From assembly GCA_973895155.1 (NCBI GenBank), contig OZ316898.1, positions 21,180,162 to 21,244,161 of the forward strand: a stretch of DNA of 64,000 nt, in the 5' to 3' direction. How positions within the stretch are numbered: position 1 is the stretch's first letter; each line of letters opens with the position of its first letter. This DNA comes from Marsupella aquatica. Lineage: Eukaryota; Plantae; Marchantiophyta. The position numbers and the translations under genes were made by a program. The notes under the pieces are model-generated. The model saw nothing but the letters and a program-made list of their open reading frames with translations. It was not told the DNA's origin and searched no databases. Positions 33,346-48,500 of the stretch are shown piece by piece.

Positions 33346-36300
33346 GACCCCCTCTATCACTGTATCCTAGGACACCAAGGATGACCTTAGGAAAAGCATC
33401 AGGGAGATAGATGGGTATGACAGTGGACTAGAGTCAGCCAATGAGGTACGTTGGCTAGAATGCCTCACTGACCTAACCGAAGAAAGTGTCTTTGGACCAG
33501 AGGTGCCCCCCAGCGGACTATGGCAGGAACCTATGGAGAGTGACTTGGAGGAAGGTGAAAAAGAGACCAAGGACTGCTTTACCATAGAATCCACCTTTTT
33601 AGCTTCAATTCTGGAGGAAACACAAGAGGTGGACCAGTTGGATGAAACGGCTAGGTGGGGAGCGGCAGTAAGAACAGTGGATTTTCCTCTGGCATTGTGG
33701 CAGAGCCGACAAGATCCACAACGCCGTCGATCATCGGCAAGAAATTAAATACCAAGGGATCGGCTTACAAACCGATCACAAGGGCATAACAAATTGAGGC
33801 CCTACTAGAGGTCGGAAGAGCACAACGACCTGACTCCCAAGAAGCGGGAATGGAAGAAGTACACAGAAACAAACCAGAGCCGAGTCAAGAAGGGAAGTCG
33901 ACCACCAATAGACCGGCAAGGGAACAGTCTGCGGATAAAAAGGGAGAAATCAAGTCAACCGACTCGGCTAGTACAGTCGAGATTCCAGTTTATGGAGGTA
34001 TGAGACTGGAGAGGCTGGAATCCGAGCTGGACCCAAATTTGAAGAAGCAGATTAATATGATTCAAGCACGGCAATACCAAAAGCTTGACTTAGGAGAAGG
34101 AAGGGAATTGAACTTAGGACGGGACCTAACACCTGAACTTGAGAAGGAGATCAGTGAATTACTAATTGAATTTCAGGATGTGTTTGCATGGAGTCACCAG
34201 GACCTGAAGGGAGTAGACCCAAAATTGGGAGAACACCGAATTGATCTCATGTTAGGGGCCAAATCATTTTGGCAACCAATTCAAAGAATGAACCCAAAGT
34301 ATTCCCTGATGGTCAAAGCTGAAATTGACAAGCTAGTGGAGGCCGGATTCATCAGTCTAGTCCTACATTCAGACTGGGTGTCTCCAATTGTGATAGTTCC
34401 CAAGAAAGTTGGACCCAATGGTAAACCCAAGATCCGGGTTTCTCAGGATTACAGGAAGTTGAATGAGGCTACGTTAAAAGACCATTTTCCTTTACCCTTT
34501 ACTGATATGGTACTAGATATGGTAGCCAGTCATGAACTATACTCATTCATGGATGGTTACTCTGGTTATAACCAAATCAAGATTAGGCAGGAGGATCAAA
34601 TCAAGACAGCCTTCATCACGGAATGGGGGATCTATGTCTTCAATTGTATGTCGTTTGGACTCTGTAACGCACCAGCAATGTTCCAATGATTAATGGTGAA
34701 CATTTTCCATGACTACTTAAGAAAGTTTATGGAAATCTTCATTGATGACTTTGCAGTGTTTGGAAAGGCATCAAAACATGCTAAATACCTCAGAAAGACC
34801 TTCATGAGATGTAGAGAGGTAGGTCTCAAGTTACACCCAGATAATTAAATGTTTCTTTGGAGTTATGGAAGGTGTGCTGCTAGGGCACAAGGTATCAAAG
34901 AAGGGCATTGAGATTGACAAAGGTAAGCTAGCAGTATGGCTAGATATCATGCAACCTAAAAACATAAAGGATGTAAGATCCTTCTTGGGGTGCATTGGGT
35001 ATTATCGCCGGTTCATCAAGGATTTTGCAAAGATAGCTTTACCATTAACCAACATGCTCAAGGCAGGTGCAGACTTCGAACCCACACCAGAATGAGTAAC
35101 AGCAGTGGTGGAATTGAAGCAAATGTTAGTAGAGGCCCCAGTCATGATAGCACCAGACTGGAACAAGGATTTTCATGTCTTTGTAGATGTCTCAGGCTTT
35201 TGTATCGGCTCAGTATTAAGTCAGTTGGATGAGAAAGGAAGGGACCATCCTATATACTTTGCAAGCCGCCAGCTTGCCGATGCTGAACGAAACTACTCCA
35301 CCACATAAAGAGAAGCATTAGAAGTCATTTATTCGTGTAAAAAGTTTAGGCATTATTTGCTAGGGTACAAGGTAATCTTTCATACTGATCATGAAAGTTT
35401 GAAGTACCTAGTAAATAAGCCGGACCTTACAGGCAGGGTAGCAAGATGGATTTTGCTATTACAGGAATTTGACTACGAGCTAAAAATCAAACCGGGAAAA
35501 CTACACGCCAATGCCAACTTCTTTTCAAGGATCACAGGTGAACCTACCATGGATTGCATCGACGATCGATTTCCCGACGAGGAGCTATTCGTTGTGGAAA
35601 TAGCTAATACCTGGTACCCTGAGATTTTACAATTTCTTAGCACATCCATATTACAGCCAGGGCTAAGCCGAGAGCAAGCCGCAGTCTTTCTACGGAAGGT
35701 CAGACAGTATCAGTGCATTAAGGGTGTGCTCCACAGGTATGGAATTAGCGGCACGATTCAAAGGTGTTTGGAGGAGGGAGAGGTAAAACGAGTCTTACGG
35801 GCTATGCATGGGGAGGAGGCCGGAGGACATTTTGCTCCAGTAACCACATCTAAAAAGATATTAAATGCCGGTTACTAGTGGCCCACCTTGCACAAAGATG
35901 TCTATCAATTTATCAAACAATGCGATCCTTGTCAACAAGCGGGAGGACCAAGGGCGTCCACAAGACATCCACTGCACCCTATTCTACCTCTGGCACCATT
36001 CGAGAAGTGGGGTATTGATTACATTGGACCCCTGAAACCACTGACCCATCCGCGGAGAAACAAGTACATAATCCTAGCCACAAATTATGCAACTAAATGG
36101 GTAGAGGCCAGGCCGACCACGAAGGATGATGCCATTACCACGGCTTGATTCATGTATGAGCAGATCTTCACCAGGTATGGCGCACCCCTAGAATTAGTTA
36201 GTGACAGAGGAACCCATTTTCTGAATGATATAATAAATTGTTTAAATGAGCAGTATTTAGTTAGACATAGGCCTACTACTCCCTACCACCCAAAGGCAAA

Positions 36301-36910
36301 TGGGTTGATAGAACGAGCCAATGGATTTATAGGAAAAATATTAAACAAGACTGTAGCCCAAAACAAACTTGATTGGGATGATAAATTGTTTGCTGCTATT
36401 TTTGCTTACAATTTAGCCTATAAATCCACTGCCGGTCATACACCCTTTTTCTTAACCTTTGGGCAGGAGGCTCTGGTACCCATGCAACTTGAGATTCCTA
36501 CATTTCAAGTTACAATTGAGGAGAGAGTCTCAGAGGAGGAAAGCCTAAAGGAGCGAGAATATAGATTAGAGGCCCTAGAAGAGGCAAGAATGATTTCAGC
36601 AGAGAGAGTAGAATATAGACAGAATACCATGAAGCAACAGTATGATAAAAAGTTGAAACCAGTTAGTATTCACATAGGAGATCTTGTATTACTTTATGAC
36701 AGTAGGTATAGTAGGTTTCCAGGTTAACTTTACACTCGCTGGTTAGGACCCTTCAGGGTAACCATGAAGTTCTCCAATGGCTCCGTGCAATTGGCAAACA
36801 TTACTGGAGAGGTGTACCCAGTTCGCATCCATTAAGACCGCCTCAAGAAATACTATATGGACAAAGATAAAGTTGTTCGCGAGGACACTTCACAATTAAG
36901 TGGGGAGCTA
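33346..36910 (+). pseudogene. pol: Degenerate family A internal region (end of protease ORF, RT, RNase H, integrase, PPT)
   Basis: ORF pieces 33850..36727 match 7550..10816 closely; multiple stops. Confidence 0.95.
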
Positions 36911-39271
36911 TGTGATGCCAAGCCAGGAATCACTAGGGCAGTTTAAATGGTAAAGTTGTACCCTGGAAACACATTAGTATAGTAACCAAAACATGGCAAA
37001 TATAAACAAATAAGAGTGACTATGGGACCCGAGCCGAGGCTGGAAGTAAGGACATCGGGGGAGGGAAAACGATTAGGGTTAGGGCGCGCTCGGTGCCGGC
37101 GGGTAGGAGTAACCAACGGGAGGGAAGACCAGGCAAAGGGGGGGTAAGGACCGATCGCAAGGAATGATAGCTCATTTGCAAGCACGAGCTAAGCAGACGA
37201 CTACGGGAGGCCAACTACTATCAGTTGCTTAGGCAAGCAATCTGGGTGGGAGCAAATATCGACGATCAACTCAAGAAGGGTACGAGCAACGTCAATCAAG
37301 CAGCACATTTTTAGGGATGCCTGTTCGAATGGGCAGCTGAGTACATTGGGACCTACGAAGACCAAGAATCAGAAAGAGTAGCTTGAGAAGGGCAGGAGCT
37401 CGCTCGACTGTGGGAGCTGTAGAAGTCTGCCTTCTTAGGAGGAGAACTCATCAAGGCTGAATTTCTATGGACACCTACGGGCAACAAGCTAGACGATCTT
37501 CTATTTTGCGAGAACAGAATCGTTGGCATCTGGGAAGCCATCAATCGCTGCAACAACATCCATTGGGAGTTGAAGGGTAGCATGGAGGGGTGGACGAAGG
37601 CAACAGTACTAGGAGAAACATCCACAACATCCGCTATGAAGAGGAAAGGGACTAACAACAAGGAGGCCACCCCTGCAAAAAGAAAGGTTGGCGGCACCAA
37701 GGAAGCTACCAGAGCAGGCAAGCAGGAGGCAGGCAGAAGCAGAGGAGGAGGTTGACCCCATCAATGTCGTTCCAACAAAAGATGATACCTGGAAGGGCTG
37801 GGCGGCGACCCTCCCCGAGGAAGTGCAATTACACTTTGCACGAGAAGAGGATGCATGCTTTACGGCTATGCAGACTCAGAAGTACCAGGGCTTCATGGCC
37901 GGATCCAGCTTGGAAGCCTTTGTGAAATTTTCATGGCTGAAGCTGGAGGTGCCGGATTCAGACTTATTAGAATTTGTGGGATCATGGGAGCCCGAGAACA
38001 ATTCCACAAGGGTGTATGGGAAGGATTTCTATCTCACTCCCCGAGTGATTGCCAAAGTGTTTGGCTTGCCGATGGGCAACAAGACCAAAGTGGATACCAG
38101 GAAGACCTTGCCTGACAAGGATTTCCAATCATTCCCAGGGCCATCAACAAAGAATGGCTTCTTCCGGAACACTTGCACCAACCCGCACATTGGAGAGATG
38201 ATCAATTTCTTGCGGGTGACCATGCATTGCAACTTGCCGAGGGCAGAGATCGGCAAGGCACAAGTCTACCTTGCGGAGAGGCTAGACCCAAGCCGGGACT
38301 ACAACGGGTACCTTCTCACCCAACTAAAGAAGATCTTGAAGGAGGAACAACAGGTCATCGGCATGGGAAGCGTGTCCTGGCTTGGCTATCACATGCCGCT
38401 GTTGTGCCAGTATGCCCAAAGTCAGATCTTTGCCCCAGTACTTCCCCTGCAGGCAAGGGCACCAGAGGAAGTTCCGGAACAGAGGCCGACAGCAAAGAAA
38501 CCCAACCAGCCCGCCAGTCCTACTATTGAGCAGGTGTTTCGGCCAAGGAAAGAAGACTTGCCGATGCAGCAACCCGGCATGCAGAATCTACTGAAATTAC
38601 TAGAGAAGGAGAAGAGGACGGCAACGGCACCGGCAACGGCAATGCCACTAGTACAAGACACTTCCCCAGAAGTTGGCCTAAGCCGATTACCAGGGAAAAC
38701 CCCTTTACCGGGGCCAAGGAGAGGAGGAGGCCGGAACACGAGCCGAGAGTTCAAATGTATGTGGGAGCCTCAAGCCCCGAATCCAAGGCAAAGCAGCCTA
38801 ACGCTCCTGCCCACGGTAAACAGAGGGAGAAGACAGCCTGGAGGCCAGAGGAGGAACCAGGGCCCGTGAGCTGTGAGGCCATTTTCACGGCAAGACTAGG
38901 AGAACAGAGGGGGAAGCCGGTAGTCCAAGCAGCGGAGGAGCCGGTAGTCCAAGCAGCGGAGGAGCCGGTAGAAGACTATGACCATGACGACTCTCGTTAC
39001 GGGTCGGACCATCATATTCCAAGAATAAGGACCTGTGGCCGGTTTATCCCCACGCTTCCTAGAGTCGTTAGAGGGGACCCCACCCAACATAGTAGCCCCG
39101 AGTCTCCCCCACCAGATGTCGCTCCCCCAAGCTTTGACGGCATAAAACAAATGGCACAAGAGTTTCAGGAGCAACTCAGGGAGGAAGAGAAGGCAGCCTT
39201 GGCTAGAGAGAAAGATTTACCAGGAGGAGATTGGTCAGAGGACATCAGACGGCTTGCCAAAAAAAGAAGCA
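36911..39271 (+). mobile_element. Older family A 3' LTR, truncated at 39271
   Basis: Starts TGTGATGCC after the PPT; LTR ORF pieces 37688..38869 and 38755..39271. Confidence 0.9.
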
Positions 39272-41852
39272 TCTTGGAAAAGTTTTGAAGAACCTGCCTG
39301 GTCTGTCAAACGGAATGCCAATTCCCAAATTGTAGGTCCGGTTCCCCGGTTAAGACCTCTCTTATACGCCGTATATGCAACAACTTGTGAAAGAGCCCTA
39401 TTTTGATCCATCTCACATGCTTCAAATAGACCAGCCTTTTTCTTAGTTTGCCAAGCCTTCATTATGGAATGTGCCGCCTCTGAAGTAGTATAGTTAGGAA
39501 TCATAGCACTTTCCTCTACGCTTTTGTTCTGCATAACACATTTGGAGCACAATTTAGGAAACATGACTTAGTCATTGCATTCAATAAAGAAACATTTGAC
39601 CAAATCATTTTGTAAGGTTTTTGGGTTTAATCAATGCCAGCGCCTGGTGCTACCACCATTCACACTAGAATATGTACAAATACGAGTAACAAGTGGTTAA
39701 TAAAAACTAGCGCTCAGCGCTAGTATCAAAACTTGACAAATGTTGGAGTGAACCTATGACACGAAAGTCATTGGAAATAATGATAGCGCCAAGCACTAGT
39801 ATGACTTTGTTTGATTACTTCTTTTAAAATGTTGATTTTGAGTGTTTATTGATGTTGAAACTCACCAAACGAATGAAATTTCCCCATTGACGCCATCGGA
39901 CCACCCACCACGCAAGCCAACCTTGGAGCATTCGAAGCTTTCCAGGAACACAATTCCCAGATCTCCACCACACGTTGATTTCCCTGGAAATTCTGTAGGC
40001 TCCAAGAAATGTTGACGCGTTCCTTAAAGAGTCCCACATCTTCCGGTGCTCTTCTCGCTTTTCTTCCAATACTCCTTCAATTGAATAACGATGAAGCGAT
40101 TGATAGAAGTGAAACGCATCCGATCGCTCCTTTTCCAGGTTAGGATGTCCACCACAAAACACGTTTCGAACAACATTCCATCCAGCTTGAGCATTGTCAG
40201 CCATGAATCCATGGATTATTACATTGTCTAACCCATTTTCATGGCAAACCTCAATCATCAGTTTCCAGGCTTCTTCTAACAACTCATAATCTTCAGCTTT
40301 CAACTCACATGTGAAGATTGTGCAAAGAGCACGGTAATTGTGATCATAAATGTGAGTGCTAAAAGTTATCCAATCCTTGGTCATTCTCCTCATCACATCA
40401 AAACTAACCCACACGCCTTCTAGTCGACCTCTAGGTTGCATTTGGCGCAACAAATCAACTCCAGATCCGTGCCCTTTTACCGTCATTTTGAAAATATGCG
40501 GCCTCTCCTCCTTACAGCCTTGACCTGGGAGCATGTAACGTTGTAAGTTTATGCATTTCTACATTTCCACAAGAAACTCTAACTCACCTTTACCTTTTTG
40601 GTCTTGCCAAACACTCCAAAAAAGAGATGCAAACTTTTGAGGGGTCGAAACAACCATTAACGACTCCCAAATTTCTCTTTCCTCCGATTCTCCGATGCCA
40701 TTGTTGGACACACAAAGAGCCTTCCTTAAAGATCCAGTTATGGCACACGGATCCAGTTATGGCACATGGATGTCGTTATCCATGGTGTGGCACACGGTGT
40801 AGCTTCATGTTGCTTCTTTATGAACTCATGAGCAATCTTTTCCGCACCACGAGAAAAAACTTTATGACTGGGATGCGCATGAGTTCCGGCATGCACAGCA
40901 AGACGCGACATATGTTTACATGTATCCGCATCAAGAAGTTTTTGCGGGTACATATAAAAAAGCATTGCTGGACAAGCTTCAGTACAAAAGGGCAATTGTT
41001 GGCAGTAGTGACAAACTACCCCACCCTCCTCAATAATCTTTCCCACGGTATGTGGCCCCGCAAGTTTGGGTGTCCCATCCCAAGCTTTTGAATTTCTTCT
41101 TTTCTTCCGCAAGAGATAATCACACTTCTGATTTTGACATTCGAGTGCACCGGTACACGTCACTTTACCAAATTCCCAAAACTTTTTAGGTTGGACATTC
41201 GTAGAAGTTGGGAATATCCGTGTCTAGAAGTAGCAGTCTTTAGGCCGATCCATGTCACGGAGCCTCGAACCTTTTGATAGCAAACCTTCTGCGGGAGGCA
41301 ATTCAAACACAACATTTCCATTGTATTTACTTGGTAGACAATTCACGTGCTCATGCCTGAAATCACTTGTTCGGATGAACCGCGACAGTTCACTTTGGCC
41401 AGTTGATTGAGAATGGCATCCATCGCGCTGCAACGATACACAACACCCCCCGAAACGTTTGGCTCGGAAGGAGAGCGATCTTCTATCTTGACAGAAGGCC
41501 CTGGATTGGCCGATGTTGGCAAATCTACGGCTACCTCCTCCTCATCACTCTCGGAAAGGTCAATGAATGGAACCGGATGTATTTCATTTAGAACAAAATG
41601 TTGTCAGAGATTGATAATGTATCTCTTTCCAGCGTTGAGGTGCCAAAATCTGACTCCATCATCGATATCAAATAGTGCGTCATCTGTCTCCTCTCCAGAT
41701 GCATGGTCAAGTTTGATGGAATGGATGTCGTTGACGTCAAATCTTCCACAAAGATAGTTCTCACTAACCTGTTTGTACATGTCGGACAAACCTACAGGGA
41801 TGCGTACAATCTCCCCAGTATCAGGACGAAGAAGCACGACTGAATTAGACAT
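39272..41852 (-). pseudogene. MULE-type DDE transposase with WRKY/GCM-like zinc domain, spliced, 3'-truncated
   Basis: CTGALECQNQKC..CHYC..C..HAGTHAHP; WVSFD, FMADNA, ERSDAFH (CxxH-like), TTSEAAH; intron 39529-39865. Confidence 0.8.
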
Positions 41853-43253
41853 TGCAAGAGAATGATCTTAATTTAACAAACAAAGGAACTAAGAAAATAG
41901 GAGAACATTACTTGACTTAAGTTAAGTAAACTCATTACAAACCTCAGAAGATTATCGTTTGTAAATGACAAAACGGGTACTAGTCGTTAGATGCAGACAC
42001 ATAAATGTAGTTTGTTGTTTTGCCAACGACACTACTTACCGGTAACGTGTAAAAAATGCGATCAGATAATTATTAGCGCCCGGCGCTACCATAAAGAAGT
42101 ACTCGGATTTCAACTTAGAAACCAGACTGAACGTGCTAGCGCCAGGCGCTATCATTAGCGGACTGTCAAGTCATAGCGAAATATTTTATTGAATTTGATG
42201 GAATTTCTGAAAAAATCAATAAAAGTTTCATTTTGTTTTGGAATCGTTACTTCTTGGGAAAATACAAGGGGTATACATAGCTAGCGCCCGACGCTGACAT
42301 AATCTCCTCCGTGTCATCGTCATGTATGAGAGTATTTTTAATGGTTTTTGGATACTAGCACCGGGCGCTAGTATCGATGGAGATGACTTTGGTTTGCCCA
42401 GCGGTTACATCTAACGTGTATGAACGAATTCCTTACTTTGTGTTGTTTTCCGTTGTATTGTTTAACGATACACTCCCGTTGATCGCTGCATCCACAGATG
42501 ACTTGAAAATAGACGTTAATTCTACTCATTTCAAACAGTCCCTGCCACCTATCTTTGTTTGAATTGGTCAGTGAGATTCTTTCAATCCTTGTCGTTCTTC
42601 GTCACATGATGTCAACTGCACTATGATGGAAAAGTTTTAAAGGTTTTATGTAGTTCTTTGTGTATGGTAATTTGTTCAGAGCGTGAGGGTAGAGACTGGC
42701 TCTGTGTCGTACAGAGACCTTCACGTATTGACATGCTCCACAATGCAACCTTCAAGCGCCCCAAGCTCTCCAAGAGGGTATACCACATTTCCAGAGGGAG
42801 ATCACGGTCATTGCGAGTCTACACAATCTTTGTTCTCTGGGGCATTTTACTTGCGTCGAGTTGCAAGGTCGAGCGGAGCAATCACTTCCTTGAACGCAAC
42901 ACTACCACTCCAGAAGTCCAGAAGGGTCCGAATGGACACGGATAGCATGACCAATTATGCGCTGGGAGAGGGCAACAAGGTTGGATTAGGGATGGATGAA
43001 GTCATCTTGTGACACATAATGTCATTTGGGAAAGATTTCCGGGGAAACAAGAAGGAACCGCCCAGGATTTTGCTTTGTCGGTTGATCCACATGGAGGTAG
43101 TGCGGACGCTTTAGAAGGAGAGTGCGTCAATTGAGAAATTGAAAGACTCGTTCCGAAGTAGTGGCTACAATCCAAGGATTGGAAATGTGGTTTTTTGTGC
43201 AACCGACCGATTCCGATGGTGTGGAGCAAATATGCACTGAGGAGATCAGGGAG

Positions 43254-45557
43254 TGTCACGCGATTGACATGGGTCTTAACACCAAAAACGTCACTATGGG
43301 TGCCAAAACCATCTCCTTGTACCTGAGGATCACGAAGGGATGTTGTGAATGCCGGTAAACACCAGTTTATGCCCTTAACACCAGACTATCATAGCAAGAC
43401 TCTATCACACATCACCCAAGCTCAATCCCAAGGAACCAAGGTTGGGGATCAGATCTGCGCTCATGATAGTTCTGGTGAGAAGGGGTCTTCATATCGGGCC
43501 CGTACACACAGGGCCTAGCGCTACGGTGCGCATAGGTCTATACATATGCTTACTGTCATAGGTATGTTTCTATTCCGCCGCCGGAATGTACCCATAAACC
43601 AGTGACTCCTGACTGATTCCCGACTTAGGGACTTTTAAGCCATTACCCCACCACTCTGCCATTCCACTCTCAACAATCAGAGCTATGACAGTCCTCACCC
43701 AGCCCGCTTCAATGCACCCGGTACACCTCTCAGTGGCGCTGCTAGTTCCATCATACACTCAGATTGCCTCACACACACACACATCCATGAGAGAAATGAG
43801 GCCTGAGAGGAAAACTCAATTAGATTCAAAGATGTGCACAATAGTTCACTAAGAACACTTGATCCGAACACTAGGGCCGAAGGCTGTCTCCTCCAGATTG
43901 TGACGTGCTTGCCCTGCAAGCCCCGTGCTTGCCATGCAAGCTCAATCCTGAACTCAACCTCCTTCACTACACTTCATTCTTGGGGGCACATACAGATCTC
44001 ACACCTCCAATTCAGAACGTCAAGTTACGCATGCATAGTTGACTCGACTTCAAAGCTGGTACCAGGCCTAACGGCGATCTATCCCAGACTGCAATGAGGC
44101 CCGGCCTCACGCTTGCCCTGCAAGCTCAGCTCTGGCCATAGATCCCTTAGTGCTCTCCACCAGACAAAGGCCGGGACTCCCCATGGATCACGTAGCCTTG
44201 CCAGACTGAACTGTAAATGCTCCTCCTGCTGCCCCTTAATCAGTACCTCAGCCTCCCTAATGTGCCCACCGCAAATCGAATTGAAATCCTCCCCACAGTT
44301 TACAATCACCAATACATCACCTATCACCAAGGCTCTGTATCGGGGGAAAAGAACCCAGTTGTGCTGCCCACTAGAAAGAGCCACAATCCAGCTCGCAAAC
44401 CTAGCAACCCGTTGTTGTGACGCTTGGCTGATTACTCCCTGAGTAATAGCACAACCAAGCTCTCCCCAACACGCAGCGTCCAAGTCCAGCCTTGCTTGCA
44501 CAGAGCTCCTCCCCGCTACTCAGTCTAAGTGAGATCACACAACTGAAGTCCCCCCCTGCCTCTACCGGAGGGATGCTCTATATACTCTCTCATACTGAGC
44601 CCAAATGGGTGGATACTATGCTGCTGGAGCCCCATCCCAGCCCTAACAGAGCCGCCACTATCTCTAACTACTGAACCCTAACTCGCAACTTTATTTCTAT
44701 CTCGAATTGGCTATGTACTTCGGATTCGGCCCTCCTCCATGGTTTTCGCGAGCTTGCGCCTCCTCTCCCGATTTCTCTATTTAACCATTTTCTGCGTGGA
44801 TAGCAGCGTTGGAAGCGGCTTGAGCTCCTCTTTCCAACGAGGTCAATTATAGCCGATTTGATCAAATACACAGAGAGTTATGCCCCCGCAACCGAGAGGG
44901 GGTACTCACTACTGCGCTAACCCGAGTTTGGCTAACCTAGCTATCCTATCTAACCCGAGTAGAGCTAACCCGTGGTCTCGGGTTAGGCCGCTACCCGCTA
45001 TCCGCTATCCGCTAACCTAGCCTAAGTTGAGCCCGAATCCGAGCTTACCTATGCTAACCTGAGGCCGCGCTGACCTGAGCTAAGCTGAAGCCGTGTTGAC
45101 CTGAGCTAAGCTGAAGCCGTGCTGACCTGAGCTAAGCTGAAGCCGTTCTTACCTGAGATAAGCTGAAGCCGTGCTCACATAAGCTAAGCCGTGGTCGAAC
45201 TTGGGTTAACCCGAAACTGAAGCCGAATCCGCTAATTCCGGCCACAAGTTAACCCGTCACACTAATCAGGCCGTATCTTTCTTAATACACCTCCGTTTCC
45301 CGAGTGTTTTATATCGATTTTACTCGCCTTGACCAGATCTTTCCAATGCTCTTTACAGATCCGGATTTGGTGACATATTGAAAGAGATATGGTCACCGAC
45401 CACCTGCGACATAGCTTTTATTTCCCTACTCTTAACGCCATGATTGCCCTTATTCTTGCCATCTTGCTAATTGTTATGCAATATCAATAGCTACTCCTTG
45501 CATACAGCAACCTACTTAATCAGATTACAAAATAAGGACCATGTCATTGGCGTCACA
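43254..45557 (-). mobile_element. Solo LTR, family D (2304 bp)
   Basis: TGTCACGC..GCGTCACA termini, TSD GGGAG (43249-43253, 45558-45562); excision restores EIRE-TWDAIW in frame. Confidence 0.88.
45069..45192. repeat. 26-bp tandem repeat (4 copies plus a partial) in LTR D
   Basis: GCTGACCTGAGCTAAGCTGAAGCCGT units, head to tail. Confidence 0.9.
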
Positions 45558-48500
45558 GGGAGACTTGGGATGCTATTTGGGTTGCTGAGAACAAGAAATT
45601 TGAGTTAGAATGCGAGGTAGATCCAGCTTTTATGATCTTGAAAGACAAAATGTTCTCAGTCTTTGATGGGAATCACCGACTTTACTTGTGGACTATGGTC
45701 ACAAAGGAAAATCCAGACAATGTCAAGTATCATCCCAGAGTTCTCTGCACCATTTTCAAGGGTGATAAAGCTTCGCAAATTCATATTGAGGCAGCTATGC
45801 ACACAGTCAACCAGTAAGTAATTTGGCCCAAATTTGTAATTAAAGATTTCCACAATCCATTGTTGTTAAATACATACTAAAGAGAGTGTTTGTTTTTATG
45901 CTAGCGCCTGGCGCTACTAATTTCAAACATGGCCTATTGCAGGTTAGGGCAGGCCATTGTTGAACCGTCGTGGATCCTTGACGCAGACAAAATCCAAAGG
46001 ATTCTCTCTCACGATCTAGAGTACTATAAGTCAATAATTGACAGCGCCAATTATGCAAAGTTTGAGTATATCAAACAGAAGACTCGAAAACATTCTTGGT
46101 ACACACGGAAAATGCCTCTGGAAGCTCTTGTTTATATTTTGTGCAAAAACAAAATCAAAGCTTACACTAACCAGTTCAAGATGGACATGGCATTGGCAGC
46201 AAGTCAAGGCAATCCTTGGTCGGCTGATGAGGTCGCAAAGCGACAGTCACTCATGTTGAAAGAGTCCACCAAAGACTGGTCTATAAAAACATCCAAAATC
46301 ACTCTTCTTAGTCCTGAGTTTGAAGATTTTCTAGGTACTTGTGCAGAGATGTACGTATTGACGGAGAAGAACAAGTGAGAAAAAAACCTGAGTCGGTTGT
46401 TTGTACTATGGACCGTGCTAGACTATTCACAGCAGTTTCTACTCTCTATCCAAAATTGAGATGCACTTTGCTCGTTGCTCATTGTACTCCAGAGTTGAGA
46501 AAACAATTCTTCCACCCTGCTAGTGTGAATGATGATCCAGTGAAGCAGTGGTGTCACACATGGCAGACCTGGAATACCTTCAAGGGAATCGCAATTGGGA
46601 TGTTGCAGTCTGCAATTTCCGCAGCCATTGAAACACTCCCAGTTGATAGGCTTCCCCATTTAGGGTGTGACTTAGTAGAGGGTTTGATTGAAATTATTTC
46701 AAGTGAGTTCAGAAGGTATGGGGATCTTGTGAAGGCAAAGTTCTTCAACACCATGTGGCCATCAAAATACCCTGATAAAGAGGTATATACAGAGAAAAAT
46801 CAGAAGAGGGCCAAGAGGTATTTGTATTGTTTTTACACATGGATGGAAGTACACCCGGATGTGCTTTGGGCGTATCCAGCCGTATTTCACAAGTGGATTG
46901 TTGCAAAGGAGAAAGATCATGTTGCTGACTTGTATTCGATGTATCCTGCCAAGGGTAAACTACCACCACGGGAAATATCCGAGTGGGAAAGAATTCACTG
47001 CCCGTGGTACCTTGACACAGACAAGTGGGATTCACCATTTGACAAAGTGGAGAAGGATTGGTTTCTTAAACTTGCCAAGCTACAGATTCTACCCAACATA
47101 GTTTTTGAGATGAAGCAAGGGCTCTTGAGTGACGTTGACAAATCATCTATTGAGTTACAAACAATCTGCGAGACGATAGTTGTTCATGTAGATAGGAGCC
47201 GCAAGCCGAGAGGGAAAGTGAAAGTAGACATAGCACTACCAAGTGCATCAACGCGATCCAGGAAGAAACGTACGTTTTCATTCAAACCCAGTTTAGTTCT
47301 TTGCTAGTGCCTGGTGCTACTATTCCTGTACTTCAACCTTAATCCGTTTTTTCTTTCTAACACTTATCCCACATTCTCTGCATTGTGTGAATAGGTCAAA
47401 AGAAGTCGGATGCAGACGCCACTGATGATACAAAGGTTACTCCAAAAGCTTCAGAAGCAAATACTGGCGCTTTGCCAGATCCACTTACACCAGTTAATTC
47501 TGGAAAATCAGTTGTACCAATCAATGCAACGATTACGAAGAAGAAAAGCAGGAGGACTCGCAATGCTGGGCAATCAAAAAGGGATTCTCTGGCGGCCACC
47601 CGGCTCCAACATGATGTTGGGAATTTTAAATCCAAGGCATCTCGTCATTGTTTCGTTGAGACCAGTGTTTAACAAGGAGGAGAAGCCAGAATGGGTTAAT
47701 GATGCCAGAAAGTGGGGGAAGGACTTAATCAAATCTGGATGCCGACTGAAAGGGGTGGTGAGGGGTGGGAAAGAAAGGCCTTTTGGTGTTGACGCTGGTT
47801 TTATTTATTTGCCAATTGGGCTAAAACCAACTTTGCTTGATAGGAAGGTCCCTAAATGGAATGTTCCCGACTGTACGCTAGCCCAATGTTTTTTCCGGGC
47901 AATGGATCCCTTTTTGTCGGATGACGGAATTATTGCGATACTCCATACGGGGGAGTATGATCAGATTTCACAGGTCATCTCAGCATGTCAAGAGTCTAAG
48001 AAATTCCAGTGTTTGTGTACACATAATGTTGTCATGAGGTTCCCCATGTACAAGGCCAAGTCTGATTTACAGGTAAATCTATTGTTATCAATTTCAAAGT
48101 TTTGCTAGCGCCAAGCGCTGCTCAAATTATCTGGTGCTCGATTAGAAATTTTAATCTTTTCCTAGGTACACTACTAATCATACTCTTCATACTTTGCTAG
48201 CACCCGACGCTATTACAATTCTTAGGTCCTTACTTGTTGATGTTCCCTTTGCAGGTATTCACTTTACGTTTGGATATATTTTGTCGGGTATCATCCAAGG
48301 TGTCCCAAAGGATCCTAAGTTCAAACCTCTTTCAAGAACAGAGGATCCCTCTATCACAAATCTGATCGGACTTCTGTTTGCAAAGGTGGATACAACTCTC
48401 GAGCTTGAATTTTCCGGGAATGCCAAACTACATCCAGGGTTTATGCAGTCAGTTCTAGAACTAATCACGTGTCCCGGAGATATTGTTCTGGATTGGGCTG

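Noticed and set aside
39272-39300. Helitron 5' end (A|TC) at the LTR break
   Set aside because: The junction falls inside transposase coding sequence and no matching CTRR end with hairpin was found; a deletion junction is more likely
45069-45192. CRISPR-like array
   Set aside because: Head-to-tail 26-bp repeats without unique spacers, inside an LTR, with no cas genes
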